DNA from: the human T2T-CHM13v2.0 reference genome, Homo sapiens
Reading direction: 5' to 3' (one strand)
Length of the DNA stretch: 64,000 nucleotides
Assembly (NCBI RefSeq): GCF_009914755.1
Contig: NC_060940.1
Shown here: positions 26,301-42,300 of the stretch, in pieces
Layout of the letters: every line of letters begins with the position of its first letter
Position numbering within the stretch: position 1 is the stretch's first letter
Made by a program: the position numbers and the translations under genes
Notes under the pieces: model-generated
Database searches by the model: none
What the model was told of the DNA's origin: nothing
The model's input: the letters and a program-made list of their open reading frames with translations, nothing else

Positions 26301-29300
26301 TTTGATGATGATCCCATTCGAGTCCATTCAGTGATTCCACTCGTTTCCATTCCATGATGATTCCATTCCATTCCATTCAATGATTCCATTCGATTCCGTT
26401 TGATGATGATTTCATTCGAGTCCATTTGATGATTCCATTTGATTCCATTCGATGATGATTCCATTCGAGTCCATTCGATGATTCTATTCGAATCCATTTG
26501 ATGATTTCTTTTGATTATAGTTGGTGATGATTCCATTGGAGTCCATTCAATGATTCCATTTGATTCCAATCGATGGTGATTCCATTAGAGTCCATTTAAT
26601 GATTCCATTTGATTCCAGTCTCTGATGATTACATTCGAGTCCATACGATGATTCCACTGAATTCCATATGATGATGATTCCATTCGATTCCATTCGATGA
26701 TTCCATTCTATTCTATTCAATGGTGATTCCATTCGAGTACATTAGATGATTCCATTCGATTCCATTCAATGATGATTCTATTTGTGTCCCTTAGATGATT
26801 CCACATGATTCCATTAGATGATGATACTATTTGAGCCCATCCAATGATTCCCTTCGATTCCATTCGATGAGGATTCCATTCGATTCAATTCATTGGTGAT
26901 TCTATTCAATTCAATTCTTTGATTCCATTCCATTCCATTCGACAATGATTCCATTCGATTTCTTTCGATGATTCCACTCGATTCCACTTGACATTGATTC
27001 CATTCGATTCCATTCAATGATTCCATTTGATTCCAGTGGATGATGATTGCCATCGATTCCATTCGATCACTCCATTCTATTCCATTTGATGATGATTACA
27101 TTCGATTCCATTTGACGACTCCATCTGATTCTATTCGAGGATTCCATTTGATTCCATTCGATGATGATTCCATTCGAGTCCATTCGATGATTTCATTCGA
27201 GTACATCCAATGATTCCATTCGAGTCCATTTGATGATTCCATTTGATTCCATTTGATAATGATTCTACTAGAGTCCATTCAATGACTCCATTCGTGTCCA
27301 TTCAACAATTCCATTCGACTCCATTTGATGATTCCATTCGATTCCATTTGATGGTTCCATTCGAGTCCATTTAATCATTACAGTCGAGTCCATTTGGTGA
27401 TTCCACCGGATTTCTTTTGATAATGATACCATACAATTAAATTTGATGATGATCCCATTCAATTTCATTTGATGATGATTCCATTAGAGTCCATTCGATG
27501 ATTTCATTCGAGTCCCTTCACTGATTCCATCCGATTTCATTGGATGATGACTCCATTCGAGTCCATTCGATGATTCCACTCGATTCCATTAGATGATTCC
27601 ATTGGAGTCCATTTGATTGTTCCATTCGATTCCATTCGATTCCTTTCGAAGATTATTCCATTTGAGTCCATTCGATGATGATTCCATTCCATTCCATTCG
27701 ATGATTCCGTTTGATTCCATTCAATGATTCCCTTCGATTCCTCTCTTTGATGATTCCATTCCATTCCATTCAATGATTCCATTCGAATCTATTCCATGAT
27801 GATTCCTTTCGATTCCATTCGCTGATGTTTCCGTTCAATTCCATTCGATGATGATTCCATTCGATTCCATTCATTGAGGATTCCATTTGATTCCATTAAA
27901 TGATGATTCCGTTCTATTCCATTCAATGATTGCATTCAATTCCATTCAATGATTATCCCCTTAGAGTAAACTCAACGATTCCATTCAATACCATTCGATG
28001 ATGATTCCTTTTGAGTCCATTCAATGATTTCATTCAAGTCCATTTGATGATTCCTTTCAATTCCATTCTATGATGATTCCATTCGAGTCCATTTGATGAT
28101 TCCATTTGATTGCATTCGATTATTCCATTACATTCCAGTCAACGATGATTCCATTCGAGTCCATTCGATGATTCCATTAGAGTACATTTAATGATTGATT
28201 TGTTTTCAATTCGAAGATGATTACATTGGATTCCATTCTATGATACCATTCGATTCCATTCAATGATGATTCCACTCAAATCCATTGGATGATTCCATTC
28301 GTGTCCATTCGGTGATTTCATTAGATTCCATTCGAGGATGATTCCATTCGATTCCATTCGATGATTCCATTCAATTCCATTCGATGATGATTCCATTCCA
28401 GTCCATATGATCATTCCATTTGATTTCATTCGATGATGATTCCATTCGATTCCATTCGATGATTCCATTCTATTCCATTCGATGATGATTCCATTCGAGT
28501 CCATTCGATGATTGCATTCGAGTCCATTTAATGATTCCATTGGGTTCAATTCAATGATGATTACATTGGATTCCGTTCTATGATTCCATTCAATTCCGTT
28601 CATTGACAATTTGATTCCATTCGATGATGATTCCATTTGAGTTCATTCGATGATTCTATTCGATTCTCTTCGATGGTGATTCAATTCTATTATATTGGAT
28701 GATTCCATTCGATTCCATTTGATGTTGATTCAATTCGATTCTATTCGATGATGATTCCATTGGATTTCACTTGATGATTCTATTCGATTCCATTCAATGA
28801 TGATTCACTTCTCGTCCATTGGATGATTCCATTTCATTCCATTCGATGATGATTCCATTCGATTCCATTCGATGATTCCATTTGATTCCATGCGACGGTG
28901 AGCAATTCGATTCAATTCCATGATGATTGTATTTGATTCAATTAGATGATGTTTCCATTCGAATCCATTCCATGATTATTCCATTGGAATCCATTCGGCG
29001 ATGATTAAATATGAGTCAATTCAATGATGATTCCATATGGGTACGTTCGATGATAATTCCATTTGATTTCATTCGATGCTTCTATTCAATTCCAGTTGAT
29101 GATGATTCCGTTGGAGTCCATACGATGATTCCATTTGATTTCATTTGATGATGATTCCATTCGATGATGATTACATTGGATTCCATTCTATGATTCCATT
29201 CAATTCCATTCGTTGATGATTCGATTCCATTAAATGATGATTCCATTTGAGTTCATTCGATGATTCTATTCGATTCCGTTCGATGGTGATTCAATTCTCT

Positions 29301-29442
29301 TATATTGGATGATTCCACTCGATTCCATTTGATGATTATTCCATTGGAGTCCACTTAGTGAATCCTTTAGATTCTACTCGAAGATGATTCCATTCGAGTC
29401 CATTCAATGATACCATTCAATTTCATTCGTTGATGCTTCCAT
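23341..29442 (+). repeat. Unit U5, A-type, 6102 bp (10-bp deletion; some B-like SNPs)
   Basis: Landmark spacing 23341 to 29443; one CCATTCGATT missing at ~25111. Confidence 0.9.
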
Positions 29443-32400
29443 TCAAGTGCATTCGATGATATCATTCGATTCCATTTGGTGATAATTCCATTTGATTCCA
29501 TGCGATGATTCTATTCGATTCCATTCAATGATAATTCCATTCAATTCAGTGATTCCTCTGGACTCCATTTGATGATGATTCCATTCAATGATTCCATTCG
29601 ATTCTATTCCAAAATGATTCCATTTGAATCCATTTGATGATGATTCCATTAGATTCCATTTGATGATTCCATTCGATTCCATTTGACGATGATTCCATTC
29701 GATTCCATTTGATGATTCCATTCTATTCTATTCGATGATGATTCCATTCGATTCCATTTGATGATGATTGGATTCGATTCCATTTGATGATTTCATTTGA
29801 TTCCATTCGTTAATGATTTCGATCAACTCCATTCGATGATTCCATTTGATTCCATTCGATAATGATTACATCCGAGTCCTTTCGATGATTCCATTTGAGC
29901 CTGTTCGATAATTCCATTTGAGTCCAATCAATGATTCCATTCATTTCCATTCAATGATTCCATTCGAGTCCATTTGATCATTCTGGTAGGGTCCGTTCGA
30001 TGTTGATTCCATTGGAGTGCATTCGATGATTCCATTCGAGTCCATTTTATGATTTGATTCGAGTCCTTTCGATGATTCCATTCGATTCCACTCGATGATG
30101 ATTTCATTCGAGTCCATTCGACACTTCCAATCGATTCCATTTGATGTTTCCATTCGAGTCCAATTGATGATTCCATTCAATTCCATTCGATGATGATTCC
30201 GTACGATTCCATTCTGTGATGATTCCATGTGATTGCATTCAATGATGATTCCTTTCGATTGCATTCGATTATGATTCATTTCGTGTTCATTCTATGGTTC
30301 CACAGGTTTCCATTCGATGACGTTTCCGTTCGTGTCCATTCCATTATTCCATTCTATTTCATTTGATGATGATTCCATTCGATTCCATTCATTGGTGATT
30401 CCACTCAATTCCATTCAATGATTCCATTCCATTTCTTTCAACAATGATTCCATTAGTTTCTATTCGATGATCCACTTGATTCCATTTGGCGATGATTCCA
30501 TTCGTGTCCATTCGATGATTCCATTTGATTCCATATGATGATGATCCCATTCGATTCCATACCATGATGATTCCATTCGAGTCCATTCAATGGTGATTCC
30601 ATTCAATTCCATTCGATGATTCCTTCCGATTCCATTCGATGATGATGGCATTCGATTCCTTTCAATCATTCCCTTTGATTCCATTCAAAGGTGATTTCAT
30701 TCAAGTCCATTCGATAATTTCATTTGATTCCATTCTATGATGATTCCATTCGAGTCCATTTGATGATTCCATTCAATTCAAGTCAATGATGATTCCATTC
30801 GATTCCACTCGATGATTCCATTGGATTCCATTCGATGATGATTCCATTCAAATCCATTCGATAATTCAATTAAAGTCCATTCGATGATGATTCTAATCGA
30901 ATCCATTCAAAGATTCCATTCAATTCCATTCGATGATGATTCCCTTAGATTCCATTCGATGATTCCACTTGATTCCATTTACGATGATTCCATTCGATTC
31001 CATGTGATGAATCCATTCAATTCTATTCAATGATGTTTCCATTTGATTCCATTGGACCATGATTGCCTTTGATTCCATTCAATGATTCCATTCGGTTCCA
31101 TTTGATGATGATTCCGTTCGATTCCATTTCATTATTCCATTTGATTCCATTGGATGAGTCCATTCGATTACATTCGATGATTATTCCATTCGAGTGCATT
31201 AGATGATTCCATTCGAGTCCATTCGATGATTCCATTCGATTCCATTCGATGTTGATTCTGTTCAAATCCATTCGATGATTCCACTCGATTCCATTAGATG
31301 ACTCCATTTGATCACATTCGATGATTTCCTGTGATTCCCTTTGATGATCATTCTATTTGATTCAATTCGGTGATTTCATTTCATTGCATTCAGTGATGTT
31401 TCCATTCGACTGTATTCGATGATGATTCCATTCGACTCCATTCGATTATGATTTCATTCAATTCCATTCAATAATGATTCCCTTCGAGTCCATTCGATGA
31501 TTCCATTCGATTCCATTCAACGATGATTTGATTCGTTTCCATTCGATGATTCCATTTGATTCCACTTGATGATGATTCCATTCGAGTCTATTTATGTATT
31601 ATATTCGTGTCCACTTCATGATTCCATTCAATTCCATTTAATGTTGATTCCATTTGATTCCATTTGATGATTCAGTTCGATTCCTTGCAATGATTCCCTA
31701 CGATTCCTTTCTATGATGATTCCATTCGATTCCATTCATTGATGATTTCATTCGACTCCATTCGATGATGATTCCTTTCGATTCCATTTGACGATGTTTC
31801 CATTCGAGTCCATTCGATGATGATTCTATTCAATTCTGTTCTATTATGATTCCATTCGATTTCATTCAATGCTTCTATTTGATTCCATTCGATGATGATT
31901 CCATCTCTTTCCCTTCGATGATTCCATTTGATTCCATTCAGTGATGATTCCATTTGATTCCATCTGATGATGATTTCACTTTATTCCTTTCAATGATGAT
32001 TCAATTCAAGTCCATTCGATGATTCCATTGGAGTCCAAACGATCATTCCGTTCGATTCCATTCAATGGTGATTCCATTCATGTCCATTCGATGAATCCAT
32101 TCAATTCCATTCGATGATGACTCCATTCGAGTACATTCGATGATTCCATTTGATTCCATTTGAAGATGATTCCATTCAATTCCATTCGAAGACGATTCCA
32201 TTCAATTCCATTCGATGATGATTCCGTATGAATCCATTCTCTGATTATTCCATTCGATTCCATTCATTGACGATTCCATTCAATTCCATTCAATGATGAT
32301 TCTCTTCTATTCCATTCGATGATTCCGGTCGATTCCATTCGATGATGATTCCATTAGATTCCATTCGATTGTTGCATTCGATTCCCTTCGATGATGATTC

Positions 32401-33549
32401 CTTTGAATTCCATTCGATTATCATTCCGTATGAATCCATTTGATGATTATTCCATTGGATTCCTTTCGATGATGATTCCATTCGATTCCATTTGATGATG
32501 TTTCTCTTGTATTCCATTGGATAATTCCTTTCAGTTCCCTTCGATGATTATTCTTTCGAGTCAATTCGATGATTCTATTCCATTCCCTTCGATGATGATT
32601 CCATTTCACTCCATTTGATGATTCCATTCGACTCAATTTGGTGATGATTCAATTCGATGACATTCGATGACTCCATTCAATTTCATTTGATGATGATTGC
32701 ATTCGAGTCCATTTGATGATTGTATTCCTTTCCTTTTGATGATTATTCCATTCGTGTCTATTCAAAGATTCCATTCTATTCCATTCAATGATGATTGCAT
32801 TTGATTCCATTCAATGATTATGGCTATCGATTCCACTCGTTGATTCCATTTGATTCCGTTCGAGGATTATTCCGTTAGATTCCATTAGAAGATTCCATTC
32901 GATTTTATTGAATGATTCCAATGGATTCCATTCAATGATGATTCCATTCGACTCCATTCAGTGATTCCATTCGAGTCCATTTGATGATTCCATTTTTTTC
33001 CATTTGATGATGATTCCATTAGGGTCCATTCAATGATTCCATTCGAGTCCATTCGTTAACGCCTTTCGAGTCCTTTTGATCACTACATTCGAGTCCATTC
33101 AATGATTCTATTCGATTCCATTCGATGATGATTCCATTCGAGTTCATTCGATGATTGCATTCGAGTCCATTTGATGATTCCAAATGATTCCATTCGACAA
33201 TGATTCCATTCGTGTCCATTTGATGATTCCATTCATTTCCTATCGATGAAGATTCCGTTCAAGTGTATTCGATGATTCCATTCAAATCCATTCGATGATG
33301 ATTCCATTCCAGTCCATTCGATCATTCCACTTGATTCCATTTGATGACTATTCCATTCAAATCCATTTGATGATTCCATTCGATTCCATTCGATGTTACC
33401 ATTCGAGTATATACGATGATTCCACTCGATTCCATTTGATGATTATTCCATTGGAGTCCACTTAGTGAATCCTTTAGATTCTACTCGAAGATGATTCCAT
33501 TCGAGTCCATTCGATGATACCATTCAATTCCATTCGTTGATGCTTCCAT
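29443..33549 (+). repeat. Unit U6, B-type short variant, 4107 bp
   Basis: Copy of U3 with -23 bp at ~31583 and +11 bp (TGAAGATTCCG) at ~33247; 4119-23+11=4107. Confidence 0.9.
31584..33416 (+). repeat. B-specific HSat2 block, copy 2 (~1.83 kb)
   Basis: Same unique k-mers as 15484-17305 at offset 16100-16111. Confidence 0.88.
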
Positions 33550-36500
33550 TCAAGTGCATTCGATGATATCATTCGATTCCATTTGATGATAATTCCATTT
33601 GATTCCATGCGATGATTCTATTCGATTCCATTCAATGATAATTCCATTCAATTCAGTGATTCCTCTGGACTCCATTTGATGATGATTCCATTCAATGATT
33701 CCATTCGATTCTATTCGAAAATGATTCCATTTGAATCCATTTGATGATGATTCCATTGGATTCCATTTGATGATTCCATTCGATTCCATTCGATGATGAT
33801 TCCATTCGATTCCATTTGATGATTCCATTCTATTGCATTCGATGATGATTCCATTCGATTCCATTCGATGATGATTGGATTCGATTCCATTTGATTCCAT
33901 TCGATAATGATTTCGATCAATTCCATTCGATGATTCCATTCGATTCCATTCGATAATGATTACATCCGAGTCCATTCGATGATTCCATTTGAGCCCGTTC
34001 GATAATTCCATTTGAGTCCAATCAATGATTCCATTCATTTCCATTCAATGATTCCATTCGAGTCCATTTGATCATTCCGGTAGGGTCCGTTCGATGTTGA
34101 TTCCATTGGTGTGCATTCGATGATTCCATTCGAGTCCATTTTAGGATTTGATTCGAGTCCTTTCGATGATTCCATTCGATTCCACTCGATGATTTCATTC
34201 GAGTCCATTCGACACTTCCAATCGATTCCATTTGATGTTTCCATTCGATTCCAATTGATGATTCCATTCAATTCCATTCGATGATGATTCCGTACGATTC
34301 CATTCTGTGATGATTCCATGTGATTGCATTCAATGATGATTCCTTTCGATTGCATTCGATTATGATTCATTTCGTGTTCATTCTATGGTTCCACAGGTTT
34401 CCATTCGATGATGTTTCCATTCGTGTCCATTCCATTATTCCATTCTATTCCATTTGAAGATGATTCCATTCGATTCCATTCATTGGTGATTCCACTCAAT
34501 TCCATTCAATGATTCCATTCCATTTCTTTCAACAATGATTCCATTAGTTTCTATTCGATGATCCACTTGATTCCATTTGACGATGATTCCATTCGTGTCC
34601 ATTCGATGATTCCATTTGATTCCATATGATGATGATTCCATTCGATTCCATACGATGATGATTCCATTCGAGTCCATTCAATGGTGATTCCATTCAATTC
34701 CATTCGATGATTCCTTTTGATTCCATTCAATGATGATGGCATTCGATTCCTTTCGATCATTCCCTTTGATTCCATTCAAAGGTGATTTCATTCAAGTCCA
34801 TTCGATAATTGCATTCGATTCCATTCTATGATGATTCCATTCGAGTCCATTTGATGATTCCATTCAATTCAAGTCAATGATGATTCCATTCGATTCCACT
34901 CGATGATTCCATTGGATTCCATTCGATGATGATTCCATTCAAATCCATTCGATAATTCAATTCAAGTCCATTCGATGATGATTCCAATCGAATCCATTCA
35001 AAGATTCCACTCAATTCCATTCGATGATGATTCCCTTAGATTCCATTCGATGATTCCACTTGATTCCATTTACGATGATTCCATTCGATTCCATGTGATG
35101 ATTCCATTCAATTCTATTCAATGATGTTTCCACTTGATTCCATTCGAACATGATTGCCTTTGATTCCATTCAATGATTCCATACGGTTCCATTTGATGAT
35201 GATTCCATTCGAGTGCATTAGATGATTCCATTCGAGTCCATTCGATGATTCCATTCGATTCCATTCGATGTTGATTCTGTTCAAATCCATTCGATGATTC
35301 CACTCGATTCCATTCGATGACTCCATTTGATCCCATTCGATGATTTCCTTTGATTCCCTTTGATGATCATTCCATTTGATTCAATTCGGTGATTTCATTT
35401 GATTCCATTCAGTGATGTTTCCATTCAACTCCTTTCGATGATGATTCCATTCGACTCCATTCGATTATGATTTCATTCAATTCCATTGGATAATGATTCC
35501 CTTCAAGTCCATTCGATGATTCCATTCGATTCCATTCAACGATGATTTGATTCGTGTCCATTCGATGATTCCATTTGATTCCATTTGATGATGATTCCAT
35601 TCGAGTCCCTTTGATGATTCCATTCAATTCCATTCTCCGATGAATTCTTTTGAGCCCATTCAATGCTTCCACTCGATTCCATATGATGATGACTCCATTT
35701 GATGAAATTCCATGATGATTCCATTCGCTTGCATTCGATGATGATTCCACTTGAGTCCGTTAGAAGATTCTATTCAATTACATTCCATGACGATTCTGTT
35801 CGAGTCCATTTGATGATTCCATTAGACTCCATTTGACGATGATTCCATTCGATGTTATTCGATGATGCTTCCATTCAACTCCATTCGATGTTTCCATTCG
35901 AGTTCATTCTATTATTCCATTAGATTCCATTCGATGATGATTCCATTCGATTCCATTTGATGATTGCATTCTGTTTCATTTGATGATGATTCCATTCGAG
36001 TCCATTCGATGATTCCATTCGAGTCCATTTAATGAATCCATTGGTTTCAATTCTATGATGATTACATTGGATTCCATTCGTTGATGATTTCATTCGATTC
36101 CATTCAATGATGATTCCATTCAATTCCATTCAATGATTCCATTCAATTCCATACGATGATGATTCCATTTGATTTGATTCGACAGTGAGCCATTCGATTC
36201 AATTCCATGATGATTCTATTTGATTCAATTGGTTGACATTTCCATTCGATTCCATTCGATGATGATTCCATTTGATTCCATTCAAAGATGATTCCATTCT
36301 AGCCCATTCAATCATTCCATTCGATTCTATTCAATGATGATTCCATTCATGTCGATTTGGTGATTCCATTTGACTTCATTTGATGATGATTCCTTTCAAG
36401 TTCATTAGATGATTCCATTCGATTCCATTTGATGATGATCCCATTCCAGTCCATTCAGTGATTCCACTCGTTTCCATTCCATGATGATTCCATTCCATTC

Positions 36501-39389
36501 CATTCAATGACTCCATTCGATTCCGTTTGATGATGATTTCATTCGAGTCCATTTGATGATTCCATTTGATTCCATTCGATGATGATTACATTCGAGTCCA
36601 TACGATGATTCCACTCAATTCCATATGATGATGATTCCATTCGATTCCATTCGATGATTCCATTCTATTCTATTCAATGGTGATTCCATTCGAGTACATT
36701 AGATGATTCCATTCGATTCCATTCAATGATGATTCTATTTGTGTCCCTTAGATGGTTCCACATGATTCCATTTCATGATGATACTATTTGAGCCCATCCA
36801 ATGATTCCCTTCGTATCCATTCGATGAGGATTCCATTCGATTCAATTCATTGGTGATTCTATTCAATTCAATTCTTTGATTCCATTCCATTCCATTCGAC
36901 AATGATTCCATTCGATTTCTTTCGATGATTCCACTCGATTCCACTTGACATTGATTCCATTCGATTCCATTCAATGATTCCGTTTGATTCCAGTGGATGA
37001 TGATTGCCATCGATTCCATTCGATCACTCCATTCTATTCCATTTGATGATGATTACATTCGATTCCATTTGATGATTCCATCTGATTCTATTCGAGGATT
37101 CCATTTGATTCCATTCGATGATGATTCCATTCGAGTGCATTCGATGATTTCATTCGAGTACATCCAATGATTCCATTCGAGTCCATTTGATGATTCCATT
37201 TAATTCCATTTGATTATGATTCGACTAGAGTCCATTCAATGACTCCATTCGAATCCATTCAACAATTCCATTCGAGGCCATTCGATGATTCCATTTCATG
37301 ATTCCATTCGAGTCCATTTAATCATTACAGTCGAGTCCATTTGGTGATTCCACTGGATTTCTTTTGATAATGATACCATTCAATTACATTTGATGATGAT
37401 CCCATTCAATTTCATTTGATGGTGATTCCATTAGAGTCCATTCGATGATTTCATTCGAGTCCCTTCAGTGATTCCATCCGATTTCATTTGATGATGACTC
37501 CATTCGAGTCCATTCGATGATTCCACTCGATTCCATCAGATGGTTCCATTGGAGTCCATTTGATTGTTCCATTCGATTCTATTCAATTCCTTTCGAAGAT
37601 TATTCCATTTGAGTCCATTCGATGATGATTCCATTCCATTCCATTCGATGATTCCGTTTGATTCCATTCGATGATTCCCTTCGATTCCTTTCTTTGATGA
37701 TTCCATTCCATTCCATTCAATGATTCCATTCGAATCTATTCCATGATGATTCCTTTCGATTCCATTCGCTGATGTTTCCGTTCAATTCCATTCGATGATG
37801 ATTCCATTCGATTCCATTCATTGAGGATTCCATTTGATTCCATTCAATGATGATTCCGTTCTATTCCATTCAATGATTGCATTCAATTCCATTCAATGAT
37901 TATCCCCTTAGAGTAAACTCAACGATTCCATTCAATACCATTCGATGATGATTCCTTTTGAGTCCATTCAATGATTTCATTCAAGTCCATTTGATGATTC
38001 CTTTCAATTCCATTCTATGATGATTCCATTCGAGTCCATTCGATGATTCCATTCGATTGCATTCGATGATTCCATTATATTCCATTCAACAATGATTCCA
38101 TTCGAGTCCATTCGATGATTCCATTAGAGTACATTTAATGATTGCTTTGTTTTCAATTCGAAGATGATTACATTGGATTCCATTCTATGATACCATTCGA
38201 TTCCATTCAATGATGATTCCACTCAAATCCATTGGATGATTCCATTCGTGTCCATTCGGTGATTTCATTAGATTCCATTCGAGGATGATTCCATTCGATT
38301 CCATTCGATGATTCCATTCAATTCCATTCTATGATGATTCCATTCCAGTCCATATGATCATTCCATTTGATTTCATTCGATGATGATTCCATTCGATTCC
38401 ATTCGATGATTCCATTCTATTCCATTCGATGATGATTCCATTCGAGTCCATTCGATGATTCCATTCGAGTCCATTTAATGATTCCATTGGGTTCAATTCA
38501 ATGATGATTACATTGGATTCCGTTCTATGATTCCATTCAATTCCGTTCATTGACAATTTGATTCCATTCGATGATGATTCCATTTGAGTTCATTCGATGA
38601 TTCTATTCGATTCTCTTCGATGGTGATTCAATTCTATTATATTGGATGATTCCATTCGATTCCATTTGATGTTGATTCAATTCGATTCTATTCGATGATG
38701 ATTCCATTGGATTTCACTTGATGATTCTATTCGATTCCATTCAATGATGATTCACTTCTCGTCCATTGGATGATTCCATTTCATTCCATTCGATGATGAT
38801 TCCATTCGATTCCATTCGATGATTCCATTTGATTCCATGCGTCGGTGAGCAATTCGATTCAATTCCATGATGATTCTATTTGATTCAATTAGATGATGTT
38901 TCCATTCGAATCCATTCCATGATTATTCCATTGGAATCCATTCGGCGATGATTCCATATGAGTCAATTCAATGATGATTCCATATGGGTCCGTTCGATGA
39001 TAATTCCATTTGATTTCATTCGGTGCTTCTATTCAATTCCAGTCGATGATGATTCCGTTGGAGTCCATACGATGATTCCATTTGATTTCATTTGATGATG
39101 ATTCCATTCGATGATGATTACATTGGATTCCATTCTATGATTCCATTCAATTCCATTCGTTGATGATTCGATTCCATTCAATGATGATTCCATTTGAGTT
39201 CATTCGATGATTCTATTCGATTCCGTTCGATGGTGATTCAATTCTCTTATATTGGATGAATCCACTCGATTCCATTTGATGATTATTCCATTGGAGTCCA
39301 CTTAGTGAATCCTTCAGATTCTACTCGAAGATGATTCCATTCAAGTCCATTCGATGATACCATTCAATTCCATTCGTTGATGCTTCCAT
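33550..39389 (+). repeat. Unit U7, C-type deletion variant, 5840 bp
   Basis: Shares the C-type indels of U4; private 13-bp deletion at ~33891; lacks the 49-bp insertion (5853-13=5840). Confidence 0.9.
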
Positions 39390-42300
39390 TCAAGTGCATT
39401 CGATGATATCATTCGATTCCATTTGATGATAATTCCATTTGATTCCATGCGATGATTCTATTCGATTCCATTCAATGATAATTCCATTCAGTTCAGTGAT
39501 TCCTCTGGACTCCATTTGATGATGATTCCATTCAATGATTCCATTCGATTCTATTCGAAAGTGATTCCATTTGAATCCATTTGATGATGATTCCATTAGA
39601 TTCCATTTGATGATTCCATTCGATTCCATGCGACGATGATTCCATTCGATTCCATGTGATGATTCCATTCTATTCTATTCGATGATGATTCCATTCGATT
39701 CCATTCGATGATGATTGGATTCGATTCCATTTGATGATATCATTTGATTCCATTCGTTAATGATTTCGATCAATTCCATTCGATGATTCCATTCGATTCC
39801 ATTCGATAATGATTACATCCGTGTCCATTCAGTGATTCCATTTGAGCCTGTTCGATAATTCCATTTGAGTCCAACCAATGATTCCATTCATTTCCATTCA
39901 ATGATTCCATTCGAGTCCATTTGATCATTCCGGTAGGGTCCATTCGATGTTGATTCCATTGGAGTGCATTCGATGATTCCATTCGAGTCCATTTTACGAT
40001 TTGATTCGAGTCCTTTCGATGATTCCATTCGATTCCACTCGATGATGATTTCATTCGAGTCCATTCGACACTTCCAATCGATTCCATTTGATGTTTCCAT
40101 TCGAGTCCAATTGATGATTCCATTCAATTCCATTCGATGATGATTCCGTACGATTCCATTCTGTGATGATTCCATGTGATTGCATTCAATGATGATTCCT
40201 TTAGATTGCATTCGATTGTGATTCATTTCGTCTTCGTTCTATGGTTCCACAGGTTTCCATTCGTGTCCATTCCATTATTCCATTCTATTCCATTTGATGA
40301 TGATTCCATTCGATTCCATTCATTGGTGATTCCACTCAATTCCATTCAATGATTCCATTCCATTTCTTTCAACAATGATTCCATTAGTTTCTAATCGATG
40401 ATCCACTTGATTCCATTTGACGACGATTCCATTCTTGTCCATTCGATGATTCCATTTGATTCCATATGATGATGATTCCATTCGATTCCATACGATGATG
40501 ATTCCATTCGAGTCCATTCAATGGTGATTCCATTCAATTCCATTCGATGATTCCTTTCGATTCCATTCGATGATGATGGCATTCGATTCCTTTCAATCAT
40601 TCCCTTTGATTGCATTGAAAGGTGATTTCATTCAAGTCCATTCGATAATTGCATTCGATTCCATTCTATGATGATTCCATTCGAGTCCATTTGATGATTC
40701 CATTCAATTCAAGTCAATGATGATTCCATTCGATTCCATTCGATGATTCCATTGGATTCCATTCGATGATGATTCCATTCAAATCCATTCGATAATTCAA
40801 TTCAAGTCCATTCGATGATGATTAAAATCGAATCTATTCAAAGATTCCATTCAGTTGCATTCGATGATTCCCTTAGATTCCATTCGATGATTCCACTTGA
40901 TTTCATTTACGATGATTCCATTCGATTCCATGTGATGATTCCATTCAATTCTATTCAATGCTGTTTCCATTTGATTCCATTCGACCATGATTGCCTTTGA
41001 TTCCATTCAATGACTCCATTCGGTTCCTTTTGATGATGATTCCGTTCGATTCCATTTCATTATTCCATTTGATTCCATTGGATGAGTCCATTCGATTACA
41101 TTCGATGATTATTCCATTCGAGTGCATTAGATGATTCCATTCGAGTCCATTCGATGATTCCATTCGATTCCATTCGATGTTGATTCTGTTCAAATCCATT
41201 CGATGATTCCACTCGATTCCATTCGATGACTCCAGTTGATCCCATTCGATGATTTCCTTTGATTCCCTTTGATGATCATTCCATTTGATTCAATTCGGTG
41301 ATTTCATTTGATTCCATTCAGTGATGTTTCCATTCGACTCCATTCGATGATGATTCCATTCGACTCCATTCGATTATGATTTCATTCAATTCCATTCGAT
41401 AATGATTCCCTTCGAGTCCATTCGATGATTCCATTCGATTCCATTCAACGATGATTTGATTCGTGTCCATTCGATGATTCCATTTGATTCCACTTGATGA
41501 TGATTCCATTCGAGTCCATTTGATGATTCCATTCAATTCCATTCTCCGATGATTTCTTTTGAGCCCATTCAATGCTTCCACTCGATTCCATATGATGATG
41601 ACTCCATTCGATGAAATTCGATGATGATTCCATTCGCTTGCATTCGATGATGATTCCACTTGAGTCCATTAGAAGATTCTATTCAATTACATTCCATGAC
41701 GATTCCGTTCGAGTCCATTTGATGATTCCATTAGACTCCATTCGACGATGATTCCATTCGATGTTATTCGATGATTCCATTCGATCTCATTCGATGATGA
41801 TTCCATTCAACTCCATTCGATGTTTCCATTCGAGTTCATTCTATTATTCCATTAGATTCCATTCGATGATGATTCCATTCGATTCCATTTGATGATTGCA
41901 TTCTATTTCATTTGATGATGATTCCATTCGAGTCCACTCGATGATTCCATTCGAGTCCATTTAATGAATCCATTGGTTTCAATTCTATGATGATTACATT
42001 GGATTCCATTCGTTGATGATTTCATTCGGTTCCATTCAATGATGATTCAATTCAATTCCTTTCAATGTTTCCATTCAATTCCATACGATGATGATTCCAT
42101 TTGATTTGATTCGACAGTGAGCCATTCGATTCAATTCCATGATGATTCTATTTGATTCCATTGGTTGACATTTCCATTCGATTCCATTCGATGATGATTC
42201 CCTTTGATTCCATTCAAAGATGATTCCATTCTAGCCCATTCAATCATTCCATTCGAATCTATTCAATGATGATTCCATTCATGTCGATTTGGTGATTCCA

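Noticed and set aside
33550-34044. Longest ORF (164 aa)
   Set aside because: It is created by a private 13-bp deletion at ~33891 that fuses two repeat-derived frames; low-complexity product.
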